NCBI GenBank assembly: GCA_041665505.1
Contig: JBAYIR010000005.1
Span: 225-64,224 of the forward strand
Reading direction: 5' to 3'
Length of the DNA: 64,000 nucleotides
Origin: Patescibacteria group bacterium
Lineage (GTDB): Bacteria; Patescibacteriota; Patescibacteriia; UBA1558; GWA2-36-10
Numbering within the stretch: position 1 is the first letter of the stretch; each line of letters starts with the position of its first letter. A program made the translations under genes and the position numbers. The notes under the pieces were generated by a model. That model searched no databases, was not told the origin of the DNA, and saw only the letters and a program-made list of their open reading frames with translations. Shown in pieces: positions 28,252 through 38,476 of the stretch.

Positions 28252-29043
28252 ATGGGAAAAAAGGTAAATCCAATAGTATTTAGATTAGGGCTAAGTGAGA
28301 AATGGAGATCTCGCTGGTATTCTGGTCGTGATTTTGCTAAATTTTTACAGCAAGACGTTTCTTTAAGAAGAAGCCTGAGACTAGAATTAAGAGATGCTGG
28401 TATTGATAGAATTGATATTGAGAGAAGCCGTGGTGAAGTAGTAGTTAATATTTTAGCCGCTAAACCCGGTGTTATTATTGGTCGTGGCGGTAGTGGGATT
28501 GAAGATTTAAAGAAAAAAATTCAAAGTAAATTTTTGGATAAAGATACTAAATTGAATATAAATATCAAAGAGGTGGCTATTCCAAATTTATCAGCCAGTG
28601 TGATTGTGGAAGCTATTAGAGTAGATATAGAAAAGCGTATTCCTTTTCGTCGTATCATGAAACAAAATATTGATAAGATGATGAAAGCTGGTGCCAAAGG
28701 AGCAAAAATAATGGTAGCTGGTAGATTAAATGGTGTAGATATTGCTCGTAGTGAAAAAATAGTAGAAGGCAAAATTCCACTTCAGACTCTAAGATCAGAT
28801 ATTGATTATAGTAGAGGAGTAGCCAATACTATTTATGGTGTTATTGGTATCAAAGTTTGGGTTTATAAGGGAGAATATTTTGACAAAAAAGAAAGTAAAG
28901 AAGCCAAAAAACCAGTACCTGTCAAAAGCGCCAAATTATTTTCTGGAGATGATATGAAAAAAGCTCCTGTAGAAAAACCAGGTACTAGACCAACAGCTCG
29001 TCCTTTTGAAAGAGGAGCGGTCGGCGGAAAATTTAAGAAATAA
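28252..29043 (+). CDS. rpsC: 30S ribosomal protein S3
   Basis: MGKKVNPIVFRLG..., with a KH domain. Confidence 0.9.
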   Translation: MGKKVNPIVFRLGLSEKWRSRWYSGRDFAKFLQQDVSLRRSLRLELRDAGIDRIDIERSRGEVVVNILAAKPGVIIGRGGSGIEDLKKKIQSKFLDKDTKLNINIKEVAIPNLSASVIVEAIRVDIEKRIPFRRIMKQNIDKMMKAGAKGAKIMVAGRLNGVDIARSEKIVEGKIPLQTLRSDIDYSRGVANTIYGVIGIKVWVYKGEYFDKKESKEAKKPVPVKSAKLFSGDDMKKAPVEKPGTRPTARPFERGAVGGKFKK

Positions 29044-29093
29044 GATTTGTCTACCTAGCGGTAGGCAGAAAATAAGTTCAACTTAATAAATAT

Positions 29094-29510
29094 ATGTTAG
29101 CACCAAAGAAAGAAAAACACAGAAAGTGGCATAGAGGAGATAAAATCAAAGGCAAAGCTACCCGTATGACAAAGGTAAGCTTTGGCGACTATGGTCTAAA
29201 AAGTTTACAAACTGCTTGGATCACTGCTCGTCAGATTGAATCTGCTCGTCGTGCTATTGTCGGTCATATCCAACGTGGTGGTGAAGTATTTATCCGTATT
29301 TTTCCAGACAAACCAATTACTGCTAAAGGTAGTGAAATGCCTATGGGTAAAGGTAAAGGTGCAGTTGACCATTATATAGCTGTGGTTAAACCCGGTACTA
29401 TAATGTTTGAGATGAAAGGTGTAGATGAGGCTACTGCTAAGCGTTCTCTAGAATTAGCTGGTTATAAATTACCAGTCAAGACAAAAGTTGTTAGCAAGGA
29501 ATTAGTATAA
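29094..29510 (+). CDS. rplP: 50S ribosomal protein L16
   Basis: [15 protein letters not shown]... Confidence 0.9.
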   Translation: MLAPKKEKHRKWHRGDKIKGKATRMTKVSFGDYGLKSLQTAWITARQIESARRAIVGHIQRGGEVFIRIFPDKPITAKGSEMPMGKGKGAVDHYIAVVKPGTIMFEMKGVDEATAKRSLELAGYKLPVKTKVVSKELV

Positions 29511-29516
29511 AATATT

Positions 29517-29747
29517 ATGAAAATTGCAGAATTAAGAAAATTAGATATAGAAAAACTAAATGAAAATTTAGCTGAGTTTAGAAATAAAAATCGTGAACTT
29601 AGATTTTCTATTGCTAATAATCAATTAAAGAATGTCAGACAGTTACGAGTAATGAAAAAAGATGCCGCTAAAATTTTGACCGTTTTAAATGAAAAGAGAG
29701 TAGCAATTGAAAATAAAACTACTGTTAGTCAAGATCATAAAGAATAG
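29517..29747 (+). CDS. rpmC: 50S ribosomal protein L29
   Basis: 76 aa between L16 and S17. Confidence 0.8.
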   Translation: MKIAELRKLDIEKLNENLAEFRNKNRELRFSIANNQLKNVRQLRVMKKDAAKILTVLNEKRVAIENKTTVSQDHKE

Positions 29748-29785
29748 AAATAATTTTCCCGCCTAAGGCGGAGTGAATAAAACAT

Positions 29786-30049
29786 ATGGAAAATAAAGTA
29801 ATCAAGAGAAAATTTGAAGGTGAGGTAGTTAGTGACAAAATGGATAAAACCGTGTCAGTTTTAGTAGTCACCATCAAAACTCATAGTAAGTATAAAAAAC
29901 AATACAAGTCATCAAAGAAATATAAATCTCATGATGAAAATAATGAGTATAAAATAGGTGACAAAGTAGTGATTGAAGAGTGTCGTCCAATTTCAAAGGA
30001 TAAAAGATGGCGCGTAATTAAAAAAGTATCCGCTCAGAGCGGTAAATAA
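29786..30049 (+). CDS. rpsQ: 30S ribosomal protein S17
   Basis: 87 aa, operon position. Confidence 0.85.
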   Translation: MENKVIKRKFEGEVVSDKMDKTVSVLVVTIKTHSKYKKQYKSSKKYKSHDENNEYKIGDKVVIEECRPISKDKRWRVIKKVSAQSGK

Positions 30050-30068
30050 CCCGATAAAGAATACAGAT

Positions 30069-30440
30069 ATGATTCAACACATGTCCATGTTAAAAGTCGC
30101 TGATAACTCAGGTGCAAAACTAGTAAGATGCATCAGAGTTTTAGGTGGTTATAAAAAGAGATATGCTCGTGTTGGCGATTTAATTACTATTGCCGTCAGA
30201 AGTGCTCAACCACATAGCGCTGTTAAAAAAGGTCAAGTCCTTCATGCCGTAATCGTCAGACAAAGAAAAGAAATTAGAAGAACTAATGGTATCTATATTC
30301 GTTTTGATGATAACGCTGTAGTGATTGTAGATAAAAAATCTAAAGAGCTTAAAGGTACTCGTATCTTTGGACCAGTAGCTAGAGAACTTAGAGCCGCTGG
30401 TTACACCAAACTAGTTTCATTAGCTCCTGAAGTATTATAG
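30069..30440 (+). CDS. rplN: 50S ribosomal protein L14
   Basis: [17 protein letters not shown]... Confidence 0.9.
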   Translation: MIQHMSMLKVADNSGAKLVRCIRVLGGYKKRYARVGDLITIAVRSAQPHSAVKKGQVLHAVIVRQRKEIRRTNGIYIRFDDNAVVIVDKKSKELKGTRIFGPVARELRAAGYTKLVSLAPEVL

Positions 30441-30465
30441 TTCGATAAACTCACTATAAAATTAT

Positions 30466-30795
30466 ATGAAGATAAAAGTAAATGATAAAGTACAAGTAAT
30501 TGCTGGCAAGTACAAGGGTAAAACTGGTAAAGTCTTGCAAGTTTTGCCTGATATGAAAAAAGTTGTGGTAGAAAGCATTAATGTTATGTACAAACATCTT
30601 AGGCCAAGACAAAAAGGTGAAAAAGGCCAAAGAGTACAGTTTAATGGTCCAGTCACCGCTAGTAATCTAATGATTATTTGCCCAAAGTGTAATAAAACTA
30701 GTCGTTTGGGGCTTAAAATTTCTGAAAGCCTTGGAGAGGCAAATAAAAAAACCAAAGCTAGATTTTGTAAAAAATGTAATGAAGTAATTGATTAG
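30466..30795 (+). CDS. rplX: 50S ribosomal protein L24 (with C-terminal CxxC...CxxC zinc-ribbon-like tail)
   Basis: KVKVNDKVQVIAGKYKGKTG core, then CPKCNK...CKKCNE. Confidence 0.8.
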   Translation: MKIKVNDKVQVIAGKYKGKTGKVLQVLPDMKKVVVESINVMYKHLRPRQKGEKGQRVQFNGPVTASNLMIICPKCNKTSRLGLKISESLGEANKKTKARFCKKCNEVID

Positions 30796-30830
30796 TACTT
30801 CTTTGGACGCAGTATAAATATATAAAAAAT

Positions 30831-31394
30831 ATGAGCAGATTAGCAGATAAGTATAAAAAAGAATTAAGAAAACAGCTAAAAGAAACTTTAGGCTTGACCA
30901 ATGTCATGGCCGTGCCAAAAGTTGAAAAAGTTGTGCTTAATATTGGTATTGGTAAAGCTACTCAAGATAAACAGTGGGTTGAATTGGCCACTTCCATTTT
31001 GAGCCGTATTACTGGTCAAAAACCATTAACTACCAAAGCCAAAAAATCTATTTCCAACTTTAAAGTAAGACAAGGTATGATAGTTGGCGCCAAAGTTACT
31101 TTGCGAGGAGAAAGAATGTATGATTTTTTGGATAAATTGGTCAATATTACCTTACCTAGACTGAGAGATTTTTTTGGTCTAGATCTTAAGAAAGGTTTTG
31201 ATAAAAATGGAAATTATACAATTGGTTTTAGAGAACATATAGTATTTCCAGAAATTGGTAATGAAGATATAGACAGAACACATGGTTTGGAAGTGACTAT
31301 TGCTACATCAGCAAAAAATAATGAAGAAGCTCTAGAGTTGTTAAAGGCTTTAGGATTCCCATTTAAAAAAGTAAAAAATAATTCTAATAAATAA
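30831..31394 (+). CDS. rplE: 50S ribosomal protein L5
   Basis: Operon position, 187 aa. Confidence 0.9.
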   Translation: MSRLADKYKKELRKQLKETLGLTNVMAVPKVEKVVLNIGIGKATQDKQWVELATSILSRITGQKPLTTKAKKSISNFKVRQGMIVGAKVTLRGERMYDFLDKLVNITLPRLRDFFGLDLKKGFDKNGNYTIGFREHIVFPEIGNEDIDRTHGLEVTIATSAKNNEEALELLKALGFPFKKVKNNSNK

Positions 31395-31396
31395 AT

Positions 31397-31582
31397 ATGG
31401 CAACATCAGCACAAGTAGCAAAATCAAAAAGAAAGCCAAAATTTTCAACACGCACTACCAGTCGTTGTTGGCGATGTGGCAGACACCGTGCTTATATGAG
31501 AAAGTTTGATCTTTGTCGTATCTGTTTTAGGGAATTAGCCAATAAAGGCGAAATTCCAGGAATTAAAAAAGCAAGTTGGTAA
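31397..31582 (+). CDS. rpsN: 30S ribosomal protein S14, zinc-binding type Z
   Basis: 61 aa with the [10 protein letters not shown]...CRIC zinc ribbon. Confidence 0.9.
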   Translation: MATSAQVAKSKRKPKFSTRTTSRCWRCGRHRAYMRKFDLCRICFRELANKGEIPGIKKASW

Positions 31583-31603
31583 TTAATTTAAATTTAAAAT
31601 ATC

Positions 31604-31993
31604 ATGACAGATCCTATTGCAGACATGCTAACAAGAATCAGGAATGCCGTGGCCGTTAAAAAGCCAGAGGTAGTTTTGCCTTATTCAAAACTAAAGTTCA
31701 ATGTAGCCAAAGTCTTGGAAGCAGAAAATTATGTAGGTAAAGTAACTAAGATCACAAACGGTAAGTTTGATGAGCTTAAGATTGAATTGAAATATACTGA
31801 AAAAGGTCCAGCTATTCGTCACATCAAGAGACTTTCTAGTCCTGGTCAAAGAATTTATTCAGCTGGTAAAGAGTTGCCCTATATTTTAAATGGTTATGGT
31901 GTGGCTATTATTTCTACTTCTAAGGGAGTTATGACAAACAAAGAAGCAAAACGTCAGAATATAGGTGGAGAATTAATGTGTGAAATTTGGTAA
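31604..31993 (+). CDS. rpsH: 30S ribosomal protein S8
   Basis: MTDPIADMLTRIRNA... Confidence 0.9.
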   Translation: MTDPIADMLTRIRNAVAVKKPEVVLPYSKLKFNVAKVLEAENYVGKVTKITNGKFDELKIELKYTEKGPAIRHIKRLSSPGQRIYSAGKELPYILNGYGVAIISTSKGVMTNKEAKRQNIGGELMCEIW

Positions 31994-32002
31994 TATAAAA
32001 TT

Positions 32003-32554
32003 ATGTCAAGAGTCGGAAAAAAATCAATCAAAATACCTAAAGGCGTTGAAATAAAAATCAATGTTGAAGAAACAGGTAATAAAGTAAATATCAAAGGCCC
32101 AAAAGGATCTTTGGAACTTATTTTAAATAAAAGTGTAAGCATTGAGCAAAAAGATGATCAAATTGTTTTTATGGTTGAAAATCAAGAATTAGGATCAGAC
32201 AAAGCACTTTGGGGTCTAGTCAGAACATTGGTGAATAATGCAGTAATTGGAGTAGTGGAAGGTTTTTCCAAAGAGTTAGAAATCAACGGTGTTGGTTTCA
32301 AGGTAGCTTTACAAGGTAAAAAATTGATACTTAATGTTGGTTTTTCTCACCCAGTAGAATATAATTTACCAGAAGGCATCAGCGCTATAGTAGAAAAAAA
32401 TAATATTAAACTAGCCGGAATAGACAAACAATTACTTGGCCAAGTAGCCGCTGAAATTAGAAGTATTAAAAAACCAGAACCATATAAAGGAAAAGGTATC
32501 AAATATGTTGATGAACAAATCCGTAGAAAAGCTGGTAAGGTAGTAAAATCTTAG
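32003..32554 (+). CDS. rplF: 50S ribosomal protein L6
   Basis: MSRVGKKSIKIPKGVE... Confidence 0.9.
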   Translation: MSRVGKKSIKIPKGVEIKINVEETGNKVNIKGPKGSLELILNKSVSIEQKDDQIVFMVENQELGSDKALWGLVRTLVNNAVIGVVEGFSKELEINGVGFKVALQGKKLILNVGFSHPVEYNLPEGISAIVEKNNIKLAGIDKQLLGQVAAEIRSIKKPEPYKGKGIKYVDEQIRRKAGKVVKS

Positions 32555-32576
32555 TATCATAAATATATAAAATATT

Positions 32577-32933
32577 ATGAAGGATAAAAATAAAGTAAAA
32601 AGAAGTAATTTCGTCAGAAGACAACGCCGAGCTAGAGCCAAAATTGTTGGTACAGCTAGCAGACCACGCGTTTCTGTTTTTAGAAGTTTGATGCATATCA
32701 GCGTTCAAGCTATTGATGATATTTCTAAAAAAACTTTAGTCGCCGCGACTGATCAAACTATCAAAACCAAGGGTAATAAGACAGAGAAAGCAGCCTTACT
32801 TGGTGAAGAATTTGGTAAAAAATTGAAAGATAACAAAATTGATTCAATTATTTTTGATAAAGGTGCTTATAAATATCACGGCAGAGTAAAATCTCTAGCT
32901 GATGGAATTAGAAAAGTAGGCATAAATTTTTAA
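32577..32933 (+). CDS. rplR: 50S ribosomal protein L18
   Basis: Operon position, 118 aa. Confidence 0.85.
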   Translation: MKDKNKVKRSNFVRRQRRARAKIVGTASRPRVSVFRSLMHISVQAIDDISKKTLVAATDQTIKTKGNKTEKAALLGEEFGKKLKDNKIDSIIFDKGAYKYHGRVKSLADGIRKVGINF

Positions 32934-32936
32934 TAT

Positions 32937-33680
32937 ATGGAAGATAAAAAGACAAAAGAAGCCACAGAAATTCAAGCAACAGTAGCTCCAATAGAATCAG
33001 CTACCAGCAAAAAATTTCCTCCAAGAAAAAAAGGTGGTTTTAAAAAACCAGGGGCTAGAAAAACACCAGAAAAACCAAAGGATGATTTTGAACAAAAAGT
33101 TTTGGATTTAGCTCGAGTTACTCGTGTCATGGCTGGTGGTAAAAGAATGAAATTTAGAGCCACTATGGTTATTGGTGATAAGAAAGGTAAAGTCGGTCTT
33201 GGTATTGCCAAAGGAGCAGATGTGTCTATGGCTATTCAGAAAGCAGTGGCCAAAGCTAGAAAAAATATTATTGAAGTAGCTATTATTGATGGTACAGTGC
33301 CTCATGAAGTCCGGATTAGTAATCATTCAGCCAAATTAATGCTTAGACCAGCTCGTCAAGGTAGTGGTATCAAAGCCGGCGGTGTAATGCGTATCGTATT
33401 TGAGTTAGTTGGTATTAAAGATGTGGTGGCTAAGATTTTAGGCACCAGCAACAAAGTAAATAATGCTAAGGCTACTATTCAGGCTTTGAGTTCTTTTGTA
33501 CCACAAGCTGTCACAGCGGCTAAATCCAGAGCAGCTAATAAAAAGGTTTTTGTGCCACAACCAGCTATTAAAAGACCTCCTTTTAAACCACAAGCCGCAC
33601 CCAAAAAAATAGTTAAGGCTGAGGAAAGTAAAAATGATAAAACCGAAGATCCTAAGCAGGGTCAAGGGGAAAGTAAATAA
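32937..33680 (+). CDS. rpsE: 30S ribosomal protein S5 with N- and C-terminal low-complexity extensions
   Basis: Conserved core RVTRVMAGGKRMKFRA... Followed directly by L15 with no L30 gene. Confidence 0.85.
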   Translation: MEDKKTKEATEIQATVAPIESATSKKFPPRKKGGFKKPGARKTPEKPKDDFEQKVLDLARVTRVMAGGKRMKFRATMVIGDKKGKVGLGIAKGADVSMAIQKAVAKARKNIIEVAIIDGTVPHEVRISNHSAKLMLRPARQGSGIKAGGVMRIVFELVGIKDVVAKILGTSNKVNNAKATIQALSSFVPQAVTAAKSRAANKKVFVPQPAIKRPPFKPQAAPKKIVKAEESKNDKTEDPKQGQGESK

Positions 33681-33682
33681 AT

Positions 33683-34213
33683 ATGTTGAGTCTGAATAAT
33701 TTAAAAAAGTCAAAAGGGATTGGCAAAAAAAGAGAGAGAAAAGGACGCGGTAATGCTACTGGTAGCGGTAATTATTCTACCCGTGGTATGAAAGGTCAAC
33801 GTTCTCGTTCTGGCGGTAAGTCAGGTTTAGCTCTACGAAGTATCAAGAGCTATCTTTTGGGAATTCCTAAGACTAGAGGTTTTAAATCACTAAACAAATC
33901 TAGAGAAGTTGTAAATGTTGGTGCCTTAGATAAAATTTTTGCTAATGGTTCAACTGTCAACGCTAGAGCTATGCTCAAAGCAGGTTTGATTACTACTATT
34001 TCTGGTGGTGTTAAAATATTATCAGAAGGAAAAATAACTAAAAATTTAACCGTAGAAGCTAATGCTTTTTCTCTAGGTGCTAAGACCAAAATTGAAGCAG
34101 CTGGGGGTAAAATAATAGTGATATCTACTACCAAAGAAGAAAATAAAAAAACAGCTAAAACTACTGATAAAGCTGAGACAACTCCAGTGGAAAAAACTGT
34201 TGATAATAAATAA
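33683..34213 (+). CDS. rplO: 50S ribosomal protein L15
   Basis: KGRGNATGSGNYSTRGMKGQRSRSG. Confidence 0.85.
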   Translation: MLSLNNLKKSKGIGKKRERKGRGNATGSGNYSTRGMKGQRSRSGGKSGLALRSIKSYLLGIPKTRGFKSLNKSREVVNVGALDKIFANGSTVNARAMLKAGLITTISGGVKILSEGKITKNLTVEANAFSLGAKTKIEAAGGKIIVISTTKEENKKTAKTTDKAETTPVEKTVDNK

Positions 34214-34238
34214 TTTTCTAAACTTTAATAAAATATTT

Positions 34239-35516
34239 ATGTTAGCCAAACTACAACAAATTTTTAAGGCTAAAGATATCAGGAACAATATATTTTTTGT
34301 TCTAGCTCTTTTGGTTGTGTTTAGGATAGCCGCTCATATTCCTGTGCCTGGTATAAATGTTGTAGATTTAAAAATGTATTTTGAAGGTAATCAAGTTTTA
34401 GGTTTGTTAGATCTATTTTCTGGTGGAGCGATGCAAAATTTTTCGGTGGTGATGCTTGGTGTCGGTCCTTATATTACAGCCTCTATTATCTTTCAATTGC
34501 TAGTGATGATAGTACCAAAGTTGGAAGCACTATCCAAAGAAGGTGAGTATGGACGAGAGAAAATAAATCAATATACTAGATTATTGACTGTACCATTAGC
34601 TTTTATTCAAGGCTACAGTTTCATAAAATTATTATCTAACCAGACCAATGGCAGATTATTGTCTGATGTTACTACTATGCAGCTAATTGCTACTTTAGTA
34701 ATAGTGACGGCTGGTACTATGTTTTTAATGTGGATTGGTGAGCTAATTACTGAACGTCATATTGGCAATGGTGTTTCACTTTTAATTTTTTCAGGTATTG
34801 TTAGCGGTTTGCCACAATCAATCAGAAATACTTTCATAGCTATTGATAATACTATGATATTAAATTTGCTAATTTTTGCAGTCATTGCTTTGGTTACTAT
34901 TGCGGCAATTGTTTTGATTACTGAAGGTACTAGAAATATTCCAGTTTCTTATGCTCGTCATGTAGTTGGTCAAAAAAATGTCGGGGGAGTAAAGACACAT
35001 TTACCACTACGCGTTAATCAAGCTGGCGTTATTCCAATCATTTTTGCTATTTCGGTGATTATATTTCCTCCAATGGTAGCTCAGTTTTTTGTCCGTTCGC
35101 AAGTTGCTTGGGTAGCTAATTCTTCCCAATGGATAATAGATATTTTTGCTAATCAGACTTTTTACGCAGCATTTTATTTCTTAATGGTTATATTTTTTAC
35201 TTATTTTTATACTTCAGTTATTTTTAAACCGGTAGAAATAGCAGAAAATTTGCAAAAACAAGGTGGTTTCATTCCGGGTATTAGACCAGGTAGACAGACT
35301 TCTGATTATCTTGGTACTACTATGAATCGCATTGTGTTTATTGGGGCTATATTTTTGGGCTTGATTGCCATTTTGCCTCTAGTAGTGGGGCCTATTACTG
35401 GCATTGCTACTATTGGTTTAGGTGGTACTAGTTTACTGATTACAGTGTCTGTAGTTATAGAAACAGTCAAACAAATTGATGCTCAATTAATAATGAGAGA
35501 TTACGAAGGATTTTAA
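34239..35516 (+). CDS. secY: Preprotein translocase subunit SecY
   Basis: Ten-TM protein. Start at ATG 34239 (MLAKLQQIF...) rather than the ORF-track start at 34200. Confidence 0.9.
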   Translation: MLAKLQQIFKAKDIRNNIFFVLALLVVFRIAAHIPVPGINVVDLKMYFEGNQVLGLLDLFSGGAMQNFSVVMLGVGPYITASIIFQLLVMIVPKLEALSKEGEYGREKINQYTRLLTVPLAFIQGYSFIKLLSNQTNGRLLSDVTTMQLIATLVIVTAGTMFLMWIGELITERHIGNGVSLLIFSGIVSGLPQSIRNTFIAIDNTMILNLLIFAVIALVTIAAIVLITEGTRNIPVSYARHVVGQKNVGGVKTHLPLRVNQAGVIPIIFAISVIIFPPMVAQFFVRSQVAWVANSSQWIIDIFANQTFYAAFYFLMVIFFTYFYTSVIFKPVEIAENLQKQGGFIPGIRPGRQTSDYLGTTMNRIVFIGAIFLGLIAILPLVVGPITGIATIGLGGTSLLITVSVVIETVKQIDAQLIMRDYEGF

Positions 35517-35540
35517 TTTTTATTTATTATAATTATAAAT

Positions 35541-35600
35541 TCCCCTGTTAGGGGGATTTTTAATAGATTTTTATCCAGCCCCTCGCGAGGGGCTGGATTG
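35541..35600 (+). terminator. Tandem intrinsic terminators after secY
   Basis: TCCCCTgttaGGGGGA plus T-run, then CCAGCCCCTCGCGAGGGGCTGG plus ATTGATTTT. Confidence 0.65.
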
Positions 35601-35653
35601 ATTTTAAGCAGTTAATTTGGTATAATTTGACTGAATGTAATTAATTAGAACAT

Positions 35654-36292
35654 ATGAAAAAAGTTGTATTAATAGGTCCTCAGGCCTCTGGGAAAAGTAC
35701 TCAAGCCAAGATAATTACTGATTTTTTGCATATTCCCATGGTTTCAGCTAGCCAAGTTCTTCGTGAAATGGTAGCTAGAGGTACTAATTTGGGTGAGAGA
35801 CTAAAAGAAAAAATGGATAAAGGCCTTTTAGTGCCAGACGATCAAATGATTAACCTAGTTTTAGGTGAATTAGGCGGTGATTATTGTCTTAATGGCTATC
35901 TACTAGATGGTTTTCCTAGGAATCTTAATCAAGCTCAAGCTTTAGATACTAGTTGTGGGGTGGATAAGGTTTTTAATATTGAAATATCCGATGAAGAAGC
36001 TATGAAGCGTATTTCTGGTCGGCGGATGTGCAATCGGGGGCATGTTTTTCATTTAGAGTTTAAGCCTTCTAGTCAGGGAGAATTTTGTGATATTTGTGGA
36101 GATAAATTATCTCAAAGAGATGATGATAAGGAAGAAGTAGTCAAAAAACGTTTGTCTATTTATAGAGCCGAGACTTCAAAATTGCTTGAGCATTATAAAA
36201 AACAGGGTAAGCTGATAGTTTTTGATGGAGAAAAAGATATTGTTCAGGTCTCTGAGGACATATTAAATTATTTAAAGACAAATGCTAGATAA
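35654..36292 (+). CDS. adk: Adenylate kinase (zinc-lid type)
   Basis: P-loop GPQASGKSTQ. Lid region contains C..H...CDIC. Confidence 0.9.
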   Translation: MKKVVLIGPQASGKSTQAKIITDFLHIPMVSASQVLREMVARGTNLGERLKEKMDKGLLVPDDQMINLVLGELGGDYCLNGYLLDGFPRNLNQAQALDTSCGVDKVFNIEISDEEAMKRISGRRMCNRGHVFHLEFKPSSQGEFCDICGDKLSQRDDDKEEVVKKRLSIYRAETSKLLEHYKKQGKLIVFDGEKDIVQVSEDILNYLKTNAR

Positions 36293-37028
36293 AAAAACTC
36301 CCGAAGAAATAAAAATTCTTCAAGTGGGGGGCAAAAAATTAGCTGATATTCTTCGCCAATTAGCTAGTGAGGTCAAAGTTGGCCATACTGGCAAGCAGCT
36401 AAATGCCTTGGCTGAAGAATTGATAAAAAAAGCTAGTGGTACACCGTCTTTTAAAAATTATCACGGTTTTCCAGCGGCTTTATGTGTTTCTATAAATGAA
36501 GCAGTAGTGCATGGCATTCCGACAGATGAGCCTTTTGAAGAGGGTGATTTGGTGGGCATTGATATTGGTATGAAATATCAGGGTTTCTATACTGATACAG
36601 CCGTGACTGTTGGAGTAGGTAAAATCAGTCCAGAGGCAGAAAAATTATTATTTGCCACCAAAAAATCACTAGATTTGGCTATTGAACAGTTAAAAGTAGG
36701 CGGATATATTTCAGATATTGGCAAAACTATAGAAAAATTTATTAGGCCTTATGGCTATGGTATAGTTAGGGATTTAGCTGGTCATGGAGTAGGTCGTCAA
36801 GTTCATGAAGACCCTAGCGTACCAAATTATTATCCAGGCAGAAAAACTGAGCAGATTTTTGATGGTTTAGTTATTGCTATTGAACCGATGCTGACTATGG
36901 GTGGTGATTGGAAAGTAAAAACTAGGGAAAATAATTGGGATGTAATTTCTAAAGACGGTAGTCTGACTGCTCATTTTGAGCATTCTATTGCTATTACCCA
37001 AGATGGACCAATTATTTTGACACAGTAA
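36282..37028 (+). CDS. map: Methionine aminopeptidase type I
   Basis: Pita-bread fold; HGIPT and FYTDTAVTVGVG are visible. Confidence 0.85.
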   Translation: MLDKKTPEEIKILQVGGKKLADILRQLASEVKVGHTGKQLNALAEELIKKASGTPSFKNYHGFPAALCVSINEAVVHGIPTDEPFEEGDLVGIDIGMKYQGFYTDTAVTVGVGKISPEAEKLLFATKKSLDLAIEQLKVGGYISDIGKTIEKFIRPYGYGIVRDLAGHGVGRQVHEDPSVPNYYPGRKTEQIFDGLVIAIEPMLTMGGDWKVKTRENNWDVISKDGSLTAHFEHSIAITQDGPIILTQ

Positions 37029-37029
37029 T

Positions 37030-37422
37030 TTGTATATTATGCGAAATAAATTTTTAGGAATTGATTATGGCGACCAAAGAGTCGGCCTAGCTTTAGCAGA
37101 AGGTAGTGGGCCAGCTTTGCCATTTAAGGTACTTAAAAATACTAAAAGATTAATAGAAGACATCAAAGATATTATTAAACAGGAAGATATTAATAACATT
37201 GTAGTTGGTCTGCCACATAGTTTTTCTGGCCAAGAAAATGAGCGCTTGATTATTACCAAAAATTTTATTAAAGATTTACAAAAAGTTTTAGATATCAATG
37301 TCGCCACAGTAGATGAGCAATTAACTTCCAAACTTTATGAAAAAATGGGTGTGGTCAAAGATATAGATAAACATGCGGCCACAGCAATTTTAGATACTTA
37401 CTTAATTAAAAATGATTTCTAA
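37030..37422 (+). CDS. ruvX: Putative pre-16S rRNA nuclease / Holliday-junction-resolvase-like YqgF (RuvX)
   Basis: LGIDYGDQRVGLALAEGSG, the RNase H-like N-terminal motif of YqgF. Confidence 0.75.
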   Translation: MYIMRNKFLGIDYGDQRVGLALAEGSGPALPFKVLKNTKRLIEDIKDIIKQEDINNIVVGLPHSFSGQENERLIITKNFIKDLQKVLDINVATVDEQLTSKLYEKMGVVKDIDKHAATAILDTYLIKNDF

Positions 37423-38476
37423 TCCACAAAAATTTATTTTAGTTTTTGCCTTGGCAGTTTTTCTAGCCTGGGTATTTTCAAAATTAGTTATTTTTTTAGC
37501 CTATAAATTTAATATTTTAGATTATCCTAGTCAGGAAAGGAAAATACATAAACAGCCAATTCCACTTTTGGGTGGTCTAGCTATTTATGCATCTTTTTTA
37601 GTGACAGTTTTAGTATTATGGCAAGCTAACTTATTATTAGATAGTAGAGTCAGTTTAGTGGCTATTGTCTGGTTTTTGCTAGCCGGGCTCATTTTGATGC
37701 TTAATGGGTATTTAGACGATAAATACTCTTTAAGCCCTAAAATCACCATTTTAGGGCCTATTTTGGCTTCATTAGTAGTCATTTTAGGTGGTTTAAAAAT
37801 CGCTTATATTACTAATCCTAGTGGGGGGATATTATATTTAGACCAATTATCTATTTGGAGTTTTATCGGACCCTTGATTACTTTTTTATGGCTAATGGGT
37901 ATCACTTACACTACCAAACTTTTAGATGGTATTGACGGGCTTACTTCTAGTATTGGACTGATAGCTAGTTTGGTCATTTTTGCGGTTAGTCTGTCTTGGG
38001 ATGTAGCTGGCTCTAGCACTTCTTTTTTATCATTAGCTTTAGCTGGCTCTATCTTTGGTTTTTTGATTTTTAATTGGCATCCAGCCAAAATATTTTTAGG
38101 TGAAGGAGGTAGCACCTTAATAGGTTTTTCCTTAGGGGTTTTATCTATTATCTCTGGTTCCAAAATTGCCACAGCGCTACTAGTCATGGGGTTACCAGTT
38201 TTAGATATTTTTTGGGTGATTGTCAGGCGTATCAAGCAAGGTAAGGCCTTTTGGCAAGGTGATAAGGAGCATCTACATTTTAGAATGCTGAGAGCTGGTT
38301 TTTCTCAAAAACAAATTGTTCTTTTTTTGGGTTTAGTATCTTTGTCTTTTGGAGTAGTATCTATTTTTTTTACTACCAAGATAAAAATTAGCGCTCTCTT
38401 GATAATTTTTGTTTTAATGTTTGTACTCAGCTCTTGGCTCAATTATCGTTTAAAAGAAAAACATGAAGAAACATAA
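37412..38476 (+). CDS. Polyprenyl-phosphate N-acetylhexosamine-1-phosphate transferase (TagO/WecA/MraY family)
   Basis: Polytopic membrane protein with the LLDGIDGL motif, PAKIFLGEGGS and DKEHLHFRML (TagO-like DKNHLHHRL). Confidence 0.7.
   Translation: MISNPQKFILVFALAVFLAWVFSKLVIFLAYKFNILDYPSQERKIHKQPIPLLGGLAIYASFLVTVLVLWQANLLLDSRVSLVAIVWFLLAGLILMLNGYLDDKYSLSPKITILGPILASLVVILGGLKIAYITNPSGGILYLDQLSIWSFIGPLITFLWLMGITYTTKLLDGIDGLTSSIGLIASLVIFAVSLSWDVAGSSTSFLSLALAGSIFGFLIFNWHPAKIFLGEGGSTLIGFSLGVLSIISGSKIATALLVMGLPVLDIFWVIVRRIKQGKAFWQGDKEHLHFRMLRAGFSQKQIVLFLGLVSLSFGVVSIFFTTKIKISALLIIFVLMFVLSSWLNYRLKEKHEET

Noticed and set aside
17381-34288. Dozens of 60-110-aa ORFs antisense to ribosomal protein, EF-G and EF-Tu genes
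   Set aside because: All lie inside well-supported conserved genes on the opposite strand. They are AT-rich low-complexity translations with no independent signals.
37412-38476. Calling the GT4-family transferase MraY
   Set aside because: Has the shared DGIDGL motif, but the C-terminal HLHFRML resembles the TagO/WecA-type motif rather than the MraY HHHFE motif. Annotated at family level only.
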